NCBI GenBank assembly: GCA_032718475.1
Contig: JAUCBJ010002146.1
Coordinates: forward strand, 1 to 49,411
Direction of reading: 5' to 3'
Source: Nemertoderma westbladi
Lineage: Eukaryota > Animalia > Xenacoelomorpha
DNA: 49,411 bases
Made by a program: the position numbers and the translations under genes. Positions 1 through 11,900 of the stretch are shown piece by piece. The notes beneath the pieces are model-generated. The model had not been told where the DNA came from and did no database searches. It saw only the letters and a program-made list of their open reading frames with translations. Each line of letters begins with the position of its first letter. Positions within the stretch are counted from its first letter, which is position 1.

Positions 1-99
1 AACAAAATTGTTACCGAGACGTTAAACAATGCTGGTCCACACACGGTTGGTCTGAAATAGTCCATGGCTAGTGGTAGAGTCGGTTGAGTTACATTAGGA

Positions 100-2121
100 T
101 TACAGAATGAGTCTATCCTGCATCATATTGGGGTTGTTTTTCTCCCGTGCCGCATCCTGCTGTGCTGCATTGTAACACCGAATCTTGCAGAGCATCAACT
201 CGTGCAGATCCTTCCACATCCTCATCTGTTTGATTCCCTCCGAATGCGACTCCTTCACGCTCTTCTGCTTCTCCCTCAGCTGCTTCCCCAGGTTCTCCTG
301 CTCCTGTATCTTTCGCGTGTAAACCTCCCGGTAACTTTTCTTCCGGTCCGTCGGATTGGAACTCGTATAGAGTTTCATCTCCTCTGACACTCGCTGTTGC
401 TGCAACTCGTTCACCCGAATCATCGCGTTTAAGTAATGGAACCGTGACTCTTCCCCGGCCAACTCCTCCCGCAAGGCTCGCACCTCCTGCTCCGCCTTGG
501 ATCGGTTGGCCTCCAACCCCGAGGATATCGTCTCGAACTCCTTCCTCGCGGTCTCGTACTCCGCCTCCGTGCCCTGGAACTCCGAACGTAACGGCCGCAA
601 CTCTTTAATCAACGGCGCCAACGTCTCCTTCTTCTCCCCGATCTTCCTATTCAACTCCTTGACCATCTCGCTAATCTCCTCCAAGGTCTCACTCTTCCGT
701 TGATCCAGGTCCGCCTTCATGGCGCTCACCTTCTCGACTTCTTCCTGAGCGTCATGGAACCCGGCCACCCCGTGTCGCGTCTCCAACTGGTCCAACTTGG
801 CCTTGACCCCCGCGAACCGCTCTCTCAGTATCTCCTCCGACCGCGCCAGCACCCCAACCTCGGCCTTCAACTCTCCCACCTCCGCCTTCTTCCCCTTGTA
901 CTTGGTACTCTTACCTCTCAGCTTCCTCACGTATTCCTTAAAGTCCAACTCCCTCACGGCCGCGTATTCTCCGAGATCGGATGCCTCGCTCCGTTTCTCC
1001 TTCAGTTCGCCTTCCTTCTCCGCCAGTTGCGATCTCAGTTCGCTCAACGTATCCGCCCTGTTCTCTTTCTTCTTGGCTATCATTGAGGCCTGTTGACGGA
1101 ACAACGTTAGTTTATCGTCGATCGGATCCGCCGACATCATCCGTTTCTCCACCAACCCATTCACCTCGCCGTTTAACCCCCGTATCCGACGATGAACTTC
1201 CTCTAAGTCGTTATTAGAGAAGGCAGGTTCGTTAGCAACTCTCTGTAAATCAACAATGGCGCGTTTCTTACTCTCAATCTCTTTAGGAAGCTTATCTTTA
1301 CAGAGATAAACGTGGACTTTAACGTCCTTCTCTAGTTTCTCCAACAAGCCTTCCGGTGTAGAACCCATCGTGTTTAACCGGAGTTCTTTACTTTGCGTCA
1401 GTAGCCGTTGGTACTTCGTCTCAGAATGCATCAGATGATTCCTTTGCTCCAACTTCTGACTCGATATCTTCTTTTCTCTCTCCTTTTCAACCCGAAGTTT
1501 CTTCGCTATGTCCAACATTCTCTCGTGACCAGTAACTCCTTCAACTTTCTTCTTAAGTCGATCAATCCGTTTACTCAACATTTCCTTCTCTTCTTCCATC
1601 TGCTCGATATCCTTCCGTATCTCGGCTGTACTGCACGGCGTGTTCTTCAATCTCTCACCCTCCTTGTGCAACTCGGTAAACTGTTCCACCAGCATCTCGT
1701 ACTGGTTGTATGTCTCCTGTACCGCCTCGTCCAGAAGATGTTCCCTCGGAATGTCCAGTTTGACGAGAAACTTGGCGAGATAAGCTCGTTTCTTTAGATC
1801 CGGCATCTTTTGGAAGAGCCATTGTAGGATGGGGTAGATGACGGGTTTCTCTCCGGCGATTAGACATTGTCGGAACGCCATCGCGTCCATCTGGGGGTTG
1901 TAGCGGAGGACGCGAAGAGAGTTGAGCATCCTGACAACCAACTGATCCGGGTTCTCCTCCCGGATATCATACTTGGGTTTTCCGTCGATATCCGCAAAGA
2001 CGTCGTTTAGGATCTGAATTAGTTGGAGTGGCTGCAGAACGTCGAATGATATCAGGTTGTAAGAACCGTTGAATGGAGGTTTGTTGAGTTCGTCAACAAT
2101 GAATTTGAGTTGTTCAGACAT
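100..2121 (-). CDS. IFT81: Intraflagellar transport protein 81 homolog, single uninterrupted ORF (673 aa)
   Basis: The N-terminus MSEQLKFIVDELNKPPF..YNLISFD..QLIQILNDV..LRVLRY..GEKPVIYPILQWL..LKKRAYLAKFL matches the IFT81 calponin-homology domain. It is followed by long coiled coils and a C-terminal QEQENLGKQLREKQK..QMRMWKDL..DRLIL. Length is typical of IFT81. Confidence 0.95.
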   Translation of the reverse strand: MSEQLKFIVDELNKPPFNGSYNLISFDVLQPLQLIQILNDVFADIDGKPKYDIREENPDQLVVRMLNSLRVLRYNPQMDAMAFRQCLIAGEKPVIYPILQWLFQKMPDLKKRAYLAKFLVKLDIPREHLLDEAVQETYNQYEMLVEQFTELHKEGERLKNTPCSTAEIRKDIEQMEEEKEMLSKRIDRLKKKVEGVTGHERMLDIAKKLRVEKEREKKISSQKLEQRNHLMHSETKYQRLLTQSKELRLNTMGSTPEGLLEKLEKDVKVHVYLCKDKLPKEIESKKRAIVDLQRVANEPAFSNNDLEEVHRRIRGLNGEVNGLVEKRMMSADPIDDKLTLFRQQASMIAKKKENRADTLSELRSQLAEKEGELKEKRSEASDLGEYAAVRELDFKEYVRKLRGKSTKYKGKKAEVGELKAEVGVLARSEEILRERFAGVKAKLDQLETRHGVAGFHDAQEEVEKVSAMKADLDQRKSETLEEISEMVKELNRKIGEKKETLAPLIKELRPLRSEFQGTEAEYETARKEFETISSGLEANRSKAEQEVRALREELAGEESRFHYLNAMIRVNELQQQRVSEEMKLYTSSNPTDRKKSYREVYTRKIQEQENLGKQLREKQKSVKESHSEGIKQMRMWKDLHELMLCKIRCYNAAQQDAAREKNNPNMMQDRLIL

Positions 2122-2326
2122 CGTCTGATCGTGACAGCGGAATATAAAATTTAAGAAATATAATTGGCATTTAGGCCTCCCAGTTCTGCAGTTGTTACAA
2201 TATTTGGAATTAATTCAGACTAGAGATGCAGATAACATGCGTGTACTGTACTGAACCGGTACAGTGCAGTAGGCCGCTTTTTCAATAACATAACTTGTGC
2301 TGTTCTGTCTGCCATTCAGCGTTCTT

Positions 2327-2354
2327 GTAACCAGGCAACGTGCTGCTAGGCGAC
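2327..2354. promoter_or_regulatory. Paired RFX X-box motifs upstream of IFT81
   Basis: GTAACCAGGCAAC (2327-2339) fits GTNRCC-N0-3-RGYAAC. The adjacent 2342-2354 reads GTCGCCTAGCAGC on the - strand (one mismatch). Both lie about 205-235 bp upstream of the IFT81 ATG, as expected for a ciliary gene. Confidence 0.7.
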
Positions 2355-2657
2355 TATAAAAAAAACAGTTAGTGAAACATTTTTAGTCATAACAACATAA
2401 ACCTTGTTGTTTAATTTATTGGTGCGCCGAGGCCCTACATTAATACTTTTCTGATTTATATAATAAACAAATAAACATAAATTCTACATAATTTTATATC
2501 GATTTACGTGTCAAATTGTAAGTGTTTTATAATATTTAATTTATTTAATAACATAAGTAGGGACAAATTAATCATGCTTTAGACAAAATATTGTAGTCCA
2601 TAGTTACAGTATATTATGTAGTTATGGTAATTAAATTTTTGTTTGTATTACCATCAG

Positions 2658-2912
2658 GTTCACATGTATACGGACAGCGGGGAGAGCTTGTATGCGTCAC
2701 CCCGTTCCCATGCCAACCAATATATTTCTGGAATGACTCGGATAATATCAAGTACCGGTCGGCGTATTTCGATAAGATTCCGGGTGTCTGGTGTCATGGT
2801 GACTTCTGTTCGTTTAACCAGAGAACCGGAGGCATAACAATGTTGGGAAGGAGTGACGGGACATTGAACCCTAATGGAGTTCGGTTTGGTAGTTCGGAGA
2901 TCTACAGTGTCG
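2658..2912 (+). CDS. AACS: Acetoacetyl-CoA synthetase, internal exon (third from last)
   Basis: Acceptor catcAG at 2656-2657. Encodes [62 protein letters not shown], the AACS C-terminal region. Donor G|GTTAGT at 2913. Confidence 0.93.
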
Positions 2913-5900
2913 GTTAGTGTTCGGTTTGGTAGTTAGGAGATCTACAGTGTAGGTTAGTGTTCGGTTTGGTAGTTCGGAGATCTACAGTGTAGGTTAGTGT
3001 TCGGTTTGGTAGTTCGGAGATCTACAGTGTCGGTTAGTGTTCGGTTTGGTAGTTCGGAGATCTACAGTGTAGGTTAGTGTTCGGTTTGGTAGTTCGGAGA
3101 TCTACAGTGTCGGTTAGTGTTCGGTTTGGTAGTTCGGAGATCTACAGTGTCGGTTAGTGTTCGGTTTGGTAGTTCGGAGAGCTACAGTGTAGGTTAGTGT
3201 TCGGTTTGGTAGTTAGGAGAGCTACAGTGTCGGTTAGTGTTCGGTTTGGTAGTTAGGAGATCTACAGTGTAGGTTAGTGTTCGGTTTGGTAGTTCGGAGA
3301 TCTACAGTGTCGGTTAGTGTTCGGTTTGGTAGTTAGGAGATCTACAGTGTAGGTTAGTGTTCGGTTTGGTAGTTCGGAGATCTACAGTGTCGGTTAGTGT
3401 TCGGTTTGGTAGTTCGGAGAGCTACAGTGTAGGTTAGTGTTCGGTTTGGTAGTTCGGAGATCTACAGTGTCGGTTAGTGTTCGGTTTGGTAGTTCGGAGA
3501 TCTACAGTGTCGGTTAGTGTTCGGTTTGGTAGTTCGGAGATCTACAGTGTCGGTTAGTGTTCGGTTTGGTAGTTCGGAGATCTACAGTGTCGGTTAGTGT
3601 TCGGTTTGGTAGTTCGGAGAGCTACAGTGTCGGTTAGTGTTCGGTTTGGCAGTTCGGAGATCTACAGTGTAGGTTAGTGTTCGGTTTGGTAGTTAGGAGA
3701 TCTACAGTGTCGGTTAGTGTTCGGTTTGGTAGTTAGGAGATCTACAGTGTAGGTTAGTGTTCGGTTTGGTAGTTAGGAGATCTGCAGTGTCGGTTAGTGT
3801 TCGGTTTGGTAGTTCGGAGATCTACAGTGTCGGTTAGTGTTTGGTAGTTCGGAGATCTACAGTGTCGGTTAGTGTTCGGTTTGGTAGTTAGGAGATCTAC
3901 AGTGTAGGTTAGTGTTCGGTTTGGTAGTTCGGAGATCTACAGTGCCGGTTAGTGTTCGGTTTGGTAGTTCGGAGATGTACAGTGTCGGTTAGTGTTCGGT
4001 TTGGTAGTTAGGAGATCTACAGTGTCGGTTAGTGTTCGGTTTGGTAGTTCGGAGATCTACAGTGTCGGTTAGTGTTCGGTTTGGTAGTTCGGAGATCTAC
4101 AGTGTCGGTTAGTGTTCGGTTTGGTAGTTCGGAGATCTACAGTGTCGGTTAGTGTTTGGTTTGGTAGTTCGGAGATCTACAGTGTCGGTTAGTGTTCGGT
4201 TTGGTAGTTCGGAGATCTACAGTGTCGGTTAGTGTTCGGTTTGGCAGTTCGGAGATCTACAGTGTCGGTTAGTGTTCGGTTTGGTAGTTCGGAGATCTAC
4301 AGTGTCGGTTAGTGTTCGGTTTGGTAGTTCGGAGATCTACAGTGTAGGTTAGTGTTCGGTTTGGTAGTTCGGAGATCTACAGTGTAGGTTAGTGTTCGGT
4401 TTGGTAGTTCGGAGATCTACAGTGTCGGTTAGTGTTCGGTTTGGTAGTTAGGAGATCTACAGTGTCGGTTAGTGTTCGGTTTGGTAGTTCGGAGATCTAC
4501 AGTGTCGGTTAGTGTTCGGTTTGGTAGTTCGGAGATCTACAGTGTAGGTTAGTGTTCGGTTTGGTAGTTCGGAGATCTACAGTGTAGGTTAGTGTTCGGT
4601 TTGGTAGTTCGGAGATCTACAGTGTCGGTTAGTGTTCGGTTTGGTAGTTAGGAGATCTACAGTGTAGGTTAGTGTTCGGTTTGGTAGTTCGGAGATCTAC
4701 AGTGCCGGTTAGTGTTCGGTTTGGTAGTTCGGAGATCTACAGTGTCGGTTAGTGTTCGGTTTGGTAGTTAGGAGATCTACAGTGTCGGTTAGTGTTCGGT
4801 TTGGTAGTTAGGAGATCTACAGTGTAGGTTAGTGTTCGGTTTGGTAGTTCGGAGATCTACAGTGTCGGTTAGTGTTCGGTTTGGTAGTTCGGAGATCTAC
4901 AGTGTCGGTTAGTGTTCGGTTTGGTAGTTCGGAGATCTACAGTGTAGGTTAGTGTTCGGTTTGGTAGTTCGGAGATCTACAGTGTCGGTTAGTGTTCGGT
5001 TTGGTAGTTCGGAGAGCTACAGTGTCGGTTAGTGTTCGGTTTGGCAGTTCGGAGATCTACAGTGTAGGTTAGTGTTCGGTTTGGTAGTTAGGAGATCTAC
5101 AGTGTCGGTTAGTGTTCGGTTTGGTAGTTAGGAGATCTACAGTGTAGGTTAGTGTTCGGTTTGGTAGTTAGGAGATCTGCAGTGTCGGTTAGTGTTCGGT
5201 TTGGTAGTTCGGAGATCTACAGTGTCGGTTAGTGTTTGGTAGTTCGGAGATCTACAGTGTCGGTTAGTGTTCGGTTTGGTAGTTAGGAGATCTACAGTGT
5301 AGGTTAGTGTTCGGTTTGGTAGTTCGGAGATCTACAGTGCCGGTTAGTGTTCGGTTTGGTAGTTCGGAGATGTACAGTGTCGGTTAGTGTTCGGTTTGGT
5401 AGTTAGGAGATCTACAGTGTCGGTTAGTGTTCGGTTTGGTAGTTCGGAGATCTACAGTGTCGGTTAGTGTTCGGTTTGGTAGTTCGGAGATCTACAGTGT
5501 CGGTTAGTGTTCGGTTTGGTAGTTCGGAGATCTACAGTGTCGGTTAGTGTTTGGTTTGGTAGTTCGGAGATCTACAGTGTCGGTTAGTGTTCGGTTTGGT
5601 AGTTCGGAGATCTACAGTGTCGGTTAGTGTTCGGTTTGGTAGTTCGGAGATCTACAGTGTAGGTTAGTGTTCGGTTTGGTAGTTCGGAGAGCTACAGTGT
5701 AGGTTAGTGTTCGGTTTGGTAGTTCGGAGATCTACAGTGTCGGTTAGTGTTTGGTTTGGTAGTTCGGAGATCTACAGTGTCGGTTAGTGTTCGGTTTGGT
5801 AGTTCGGAGATCTACAGTGTCGGTTAGTGTTCGGTTTGGCAGTTCGGAGATCTACAGTGTCGGTTAGTGTTCGGTTTGGTAGTTCGGAGATCTACAGTGT

Positions 5901-8900
5901 AGGTTAGTGTTCGGTTTGGTAGTTCGGAGATCTACAGTGTCGGTTAGTGTTTGGTTTGGTAGTTCGGAGATCTACAGTGTCGGTTAGTGTTCGGTTTGGT
6001 AGTTCGGAGATCTACAGTGTCGGTTAGTGTTCGGTTTGGCAGTTCGGAGATCTACAGTGTCGGTTAGTGTTCGGTTTGGTAGTTCGGAGATCTACAGTGT
6101 AGGTTAGTGTTCGGTTTGGTAGTTAGGAGATCTACAGTGTAGGTTAGTGTTCGGTTTGGTAGTTCGGAGATCTACAGTGTCGGTTAGTGTTTGGTTTGGT
6201 AGTTCGGAGATCTACAGTGTCGGTTAGTGTTCGGTTTGGTAGTTCGGAGATCTACAGTGTCGGTTAGTGTTCGGTTTGGCAGTTCGGAGATCTACAGTGT
6301 CGGTTAGTGTTCGGTTTGGTAGTTTGGAGATCTACAGTGTCGGTTAGTGTTCGGTTTGGTAGTTCGGAGATCTACAGTGTAGGTTAGTGTTCGGTTTGGT
6401 AGTTCGGAGATCTACAGTGTAGGTTAGTGTTCGGTTTGGTAGTTCGGAGATCTACAGTGTCGGTTAGTGTTCGGTTTGGTAGTTAGGAGATCTACAGTGT
6501 CGGTTAGTGTTCGGTTTGGTAGTTCGGAGATCTACAGTGTCGGTTAGTGTTCGGTTTGGTAGTTCGGAGATCTACAGTGTAGGTTAGTGTTCGGTTTGGT
6601 AGTTCGGAGATCTACAGTGTAGGTTAGTGTTCGGTTTGGTAGTTCGGAGATCTACAGTGTCGGTTAGTGTTCGGTTTGGTAGTTAGGAGATCTACAGTGT
6701 AGGTTAGTGTTCGGTTTGGTAGTTCGGAGATCTACAGTGCCGGTTAGTGTTCGGTTTGGTAGTTCGGAGATCTACAGTGTCGGTTAGTGTTCGGTTTGGT
6801 AGTTAGGAGATCTACAGTGTCGGTTAGTGTTCGGTTTGGTAGTTAGGAGATCTACAGTGTAGGTTAGTGTTCGGTTTGGTAGTTCGGAGATCTACAGTGT
6901 CGGTTAGTGTTCGGTTTGGTAGTTCGGAGATCTACAGTGTCGGTTAGTGTTCGGTTTGGTAGTTCGGAGATCTACAGTGTAGGTTAGTGTTCGGTTTGGT
7001 AGTTCGGAGATCTACAGTGTCGGTTAGTGTTCGGTTTGGTAGTTCGGAGATCTACAGTGTAGGTTAGTGTTCGGTTTGGTAGTTCGGAGATCTACAGTGT
7101 CGGTTAGTGTTCGGTTTGGTAGTTCGGAGATCTACAGTGCCGGTTAGTGTTCGGTTTGGTAGTTCGGAGATCTACAGTGCCGGTTAGTGTTCGGTTTGGT
7201 AGTTCGGAGATCTACAGTGCCGGTTAGTGTTCGGTTTGGTAGTTAGGAGATCTACAGTGTCGGTTAGTGTTCGGTTTGGTAGTTCGGAGATCTACAGTGT
7301 AGGTTAGTGTTCGGTTTGGTAGTTCGGAGATCTACAGTGTAGGTTAGTGTTCGGTTTGGTAGCTCGGAGATCTACAGTGTCGGTTAGTGTTCGGTTTGGT
7401 AGTTCGGAGATCTACAGTGTAGGTTAGTGTTCGGTTTGGTAGTTCGGAGATCTACAGTGCCGGTTAGTGTTCGGTTTGGTAGTTCGGAGATCTACAGTGC
7501 CGGTTAGTGTTCGGTTTGGTAGTTAGGAGATCTACAGTGTCGGTTAGTGTTCGGTTTGGTAGTTCGGAGATCTACAGTGTCGGTTAGTGTTCGGTTTGGT
7601 AGTTCGGAGATCTACAGTCTAGGTTAGTGTTCGGTTTGGTAGTTCGGAGATCTACAGTGTAGGTTAGTGTTCGGTTTGGTAGTTCGGAGATCTACAGTGT
7701 CGGTTAGTGTTCGGTTTGGTAGTTAGGAGATCTACAGTGTAGGTTAGTGTTCGGTTTGGTAGTTCGGAGATCTACAGTGTAGGTTAGTGTTCGGTTTGGT
7801 AGTTCGGAGATCTACAGTGTCGGTTAGTGTTCGGTTTGGTAGTTCGGAGATCTACAGTGTAGGTTAGTGTTCGGTTTGGTAGTTCGGAGATCTACAGTGT
7901 CGGTTAGTGTTCGGTTTGGTAGTTCGGAGATCTACAGTGTCGGTTAGTGTTCGGTTTGGTAGTTCGGAGAGCTACAGTGTAGGTTAGTGTTCGGTTTGGT
8001 AGTTAGGAGAGCTACAGTGTCGGTTAGTGTTCGGTTTGGTAGTTAGGAGATCTACAGTGTAGGTTAGTGTTCGGTTTGGTAGTTCGGAGATCTACAGTGT
8101 CGGTTAGTGTTCGGTTTGGTAGTTAGGAGATCTACAGTGTAGGTTAGTGTTCGGTTTGGTAGTTCGGAGATCTACAGTGTCGGTTAGTGTTCGGTTTGGT
8201 AGTTCGGAGAGCTACAGTGTAGGTTAGTGTTCGGTTTGGTAGTTCGGAGATCTACAGTGTCGGTTAGTGTTCGGTTTGGTAGTTCGGAGATCTACAGTGT
8301 CGGTTAGTGTTCGGTTTGGTAGTTCGGAGATCTACAGTGTCGGTTAGTGTTCGGTTTGGTAGTTCGGAGATCTACAGTGTCGGTTAGTGTTCGGTTTGGT
8401 AGTTCGGAGAGCTACAGTGTCGGTTAGTGTTCGGTTTGGCAGTTCGGAGATCTACAGTGTAGGTTAGTGTTCGGTTTGGTAGTTAGGAGATCTACAGTGT
8501 CGGTTAGTGTTCGGTTTGGTAGTTAGGAGATCTACAGTGTAGGTTAGTGTTCGGTTTGGTAGTTAGGAGATCTGCAGTGTCGGTTAGTGTTCGGTTTGGT
8601 AGTTCGGAGATCTACAGTGTCGGTTAGTGTTTGGTAGTTCGGAGATCTACAGTGTCGGTTAGTGTTCGGTTTGGTAGTTAGGAGATCTACAGTGTAGGTT
8701 AGTGTTCGGTTTGGTAGTTCGGAGATCTACAGTGCCGGTTAGTGTTCGGTTTGGTAGTTCGGAGATGTACAGTGTCGGTTAGTGTTCGGTTTGGTAGTTA
8801 GGAGATCTACAGTGTCGGTTAGTGTTCGGTTTGGTAGTTCGGAGATCTACAGTGTCGGTTAGTGTTCGGTTTGGTAGTTCGGAGATCTACAGTGTCGGTT

Positions 8901-11900
8901 AGTGTTCGGTTTGGTAGTTCGGAGATCTACAGTGTCGGTTAGTGTTTGGTTTGGTAGTTCGGAGATCTACAGTGTCGGTTAGTGTTCGGTTTGGTAGTTC
9001 GGAGATCTACAGTGTCGGTTAGTGTTCGGTTTGGCAGTTCGGAGATCTACAGTGTCGGTTAGTGTTCGGTTTGGTAGTTCGGAGATCTACAGTGTCGGTT
9101 AGTGTTCGGTTTGGTAGTTCGGAGATCTACAGTGTAGGTTAGTGTTCGGTTTGGTAGTTCGGAGATCTACAGTGTAGGTTAGTGTTCGGTTTGGTAGTTC
9201 GGAGATCTACAGTGTAGGTTAGTGTTCGGTTTGGTAGTTCGGAGATCTACAGTGTCGGTTAGTGTTCGGTTTGGTAGTTAGGAGATCTACAGTGTAGGTT
9301 AGTGTTCGGTTTGGTAGTTCGGAGATCTACAGTGCCGGTTAGTGTTCGGTTTGGTAGTTCGGAGATCTACAGTGTCGGTTAGTGTTCGGTTTGGTAGTTA
9401 GGAGATCTACAGTGTCGGTTAGTGTTCGGTTTGGTAGTTAGGAGATCTACAGTGTAGGTTAGTGTTCGGTTTGGTAGTTCGGAGATCTACAGTGTCGGTT
9501 AGTGTTCGGTTTGGTAGTTCGGAGATCTACAGTGTCGGTTAGTGTTCGGTTTGGTAGTTCGGAGATCTACAGTGTAGGTTAGTGTTCGGTTTGGTAGTTC
9601 GGAGATCTACAGTGTCGGTTAGTGTTCGGTTTGGTAGTTCGGAGAGCTACAGTGTCGGTTAGTGTTCGGTTTGGCAGTTCGGAGATCTACAGTGTAGGTT
9701 AGTGTTCGGTTTGGTAGTTAGGAGATCTACAGTGTCGGTTAGTGTTCGGTTTGGTAGTTAGGAGATCTACAGTGTAGGTTAGTGTTCGGTTTGGTAGTTA
9801 GGAGATCTGCAGTGTCGGTTAGTGTTCGGTTTGGTAGTTCGGAGATCTACAGTGTCGGTTAGTGTTTGGTAGTTCGGAGATCTACAGTGTCGGTTAGTGT
9901 TCGGTTTGGTAGTTAGGAGATCTACAGTGTAGGTTAGTGTTCGGTTTGGTAGTTCGGAGATCTACAGTGCCGGTTAGTGTTCGGTTTGGTAGTTCGGAGA
10001 TGTACAGTGTCGGTTAGTGTTCGGTTTGGTAGTTAGGAGATCTACAGTGTCGGTTAGTGTTCGGTTTGGTAGTTCGGAGATCTACAGTGTCGGTTAGTGT
10101 TCGGTTTGGTAGTTCGGAGATCTACAGTGTCGGTTAGTGTTCGGTTTGGTAGTTCGGAGATCTACAGTGTCGGTTAGTGTTTGGTTTGGTAGTTCGGAGA
10201 TCTACAGTGTCGGTTAGTGTTCGGTTTGGTAGTTCGGAGATCTACAGTGTCGGTTAGTGTTCGGTTTGGTAGTTCGGAGATCTACAGTGTAGGTTAGTGT
10301 TCGGTTTGGTAGTTCGGAGAGATACAGTGTAGGTTAGTGTTCGGTTTGGTAGTTCGGAGATCTACAGTGTCGGTTAGTGTTTGGTTTGGTAGTTCGGAGA
10401 TCTACAGTGTCGGTTAGTGTTCGGTTTGGTAGTTCGGAGATCTACAGTGTCGGTTAGTGTTCGGTTTGGCAGTTCGGAGATCTACAGTGTCGGTTAGTGT
10501 TCGGTTTGGTAGTTCGGAGATCTACAGTGTAGGTTAGTGTTCGGTTTGGTAGTTCGGAGATCTACAGTGTCGGTTAGTGTTTGGTTTGGTAGTTCGGAGA
10601 TCTACAGTGTCGGTTAGTGTTCGGTTTGGTAGTTCGGAGATCTACAGTGTCGGTTAGTGTTCGGTTTGGCAGTTCGGAGATCTACAGTGTCGGTTAGTGT
10701 TCGGTTTGGTAGTTCGGAGATCTACAGTGTAGGTTAGTGTTCGGTTTGGTAGTTAGGAGATCTACAGTGTAGGTTAGTGTTCGGTTTGGTAGTTCGGAGA
10801 TCTACAGTGTCGGTTAGTGTTTGGTTTGGTAGTTCGGAGATCTACAGTGTCGGTTAGTGTTCGGTTTGGTAGTTCGGAGATCTACAGTGTCGGTTAGTGT
10901 TCGGTTTGGCAGTTCGGAGATCTACAGTGTCGGTTAGTGTTCGGTTTGGTAGTTTGGAGATCTACAGTGTCGGTTAGTGTTCGGTTTGGTAGTTCGGAGA
11001 TCTACAGTGTAGGTTAGTGTTCGGTTTGGTAGTTCGGAGATCTACAGTGTAGGTTAGTGTTCGGTTTGGTAGTTCGGAGATCTACAGTGTCGGTTAGTGT
11101 TCGGTTTGGTAGTTAGGAGATCTACAGTGTCGGTTAGTGTTCGGTTTGGTAGTTCGGAGATCTACAGTGTCGGTTAGTGTTCGGTTTGGTAGTTCGGAGA
11201 TCTACAGTGTAGGTTAGTGTTCGGTTTGGTAGTTCGGAGATCTACAGTGTAGGTTAGTGTTCGGTTTGGTAGTTCGGAGATCTACAGTGTCGGTTAGTGT
11301 TCGGTTTGGTAGTTAGGAGATCTACAGTGTAGGTTAGTGTTCGGTTTGGTAGTTCGGAGATCTACAGTGCCGGTTAGTGTTCGGTTTGGTAGTTCGGAGA
11401 TCTACAGTGTCGGTTAGTGTTCGGTTTGGTAGTTAGGAGATCTACAGTGTCGGTTAGTGTTCGGTTTGGTAGTTAGGAGATCTACAGTGTAGGTTAGTGT
11501 TCGGTTTGGTAGTTCGGAGATCTACAGTGTCGGTTAGTGTTCGGTTTGGTAGTTCGGAGATCTACAGTGTCGGTTAGTGTTCGGTTTGGTAGTTCGGAGA
11601 TCTACAGTGTAGGTTAGTGTTCGGTTTGGTAGTTCGGAGATCTACAGTGTCGGTTAGTGTTCGGTTTGGTAGTTCGGAGATCTACAGTGTAGGTTAGTGT
11701 TCGGTTTGGTAGTTCGGAGATCTACAGTGTCGGTTAGTGTTCGGTTTGGTAGTTCGGAGATCTACAGTGCCGGTTAGTGTTCGGTTTGGTAGTTCGGAGA
11801 TCTACAGTGCCGGTTAGTGTTCGGTTTGGTAGTTCGGAGATCTACAGTGCCGGTTAGTGTTCGGTTTGGTAGTTAGGAGATCTACAGTGTCGGTTAGTGT

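Noticed and set aside
202-1867. Short ORFs overlapping IFT81
   Set aside because: Shadow ORFs of the IFT81 coding sequence with no recognisable motifs.
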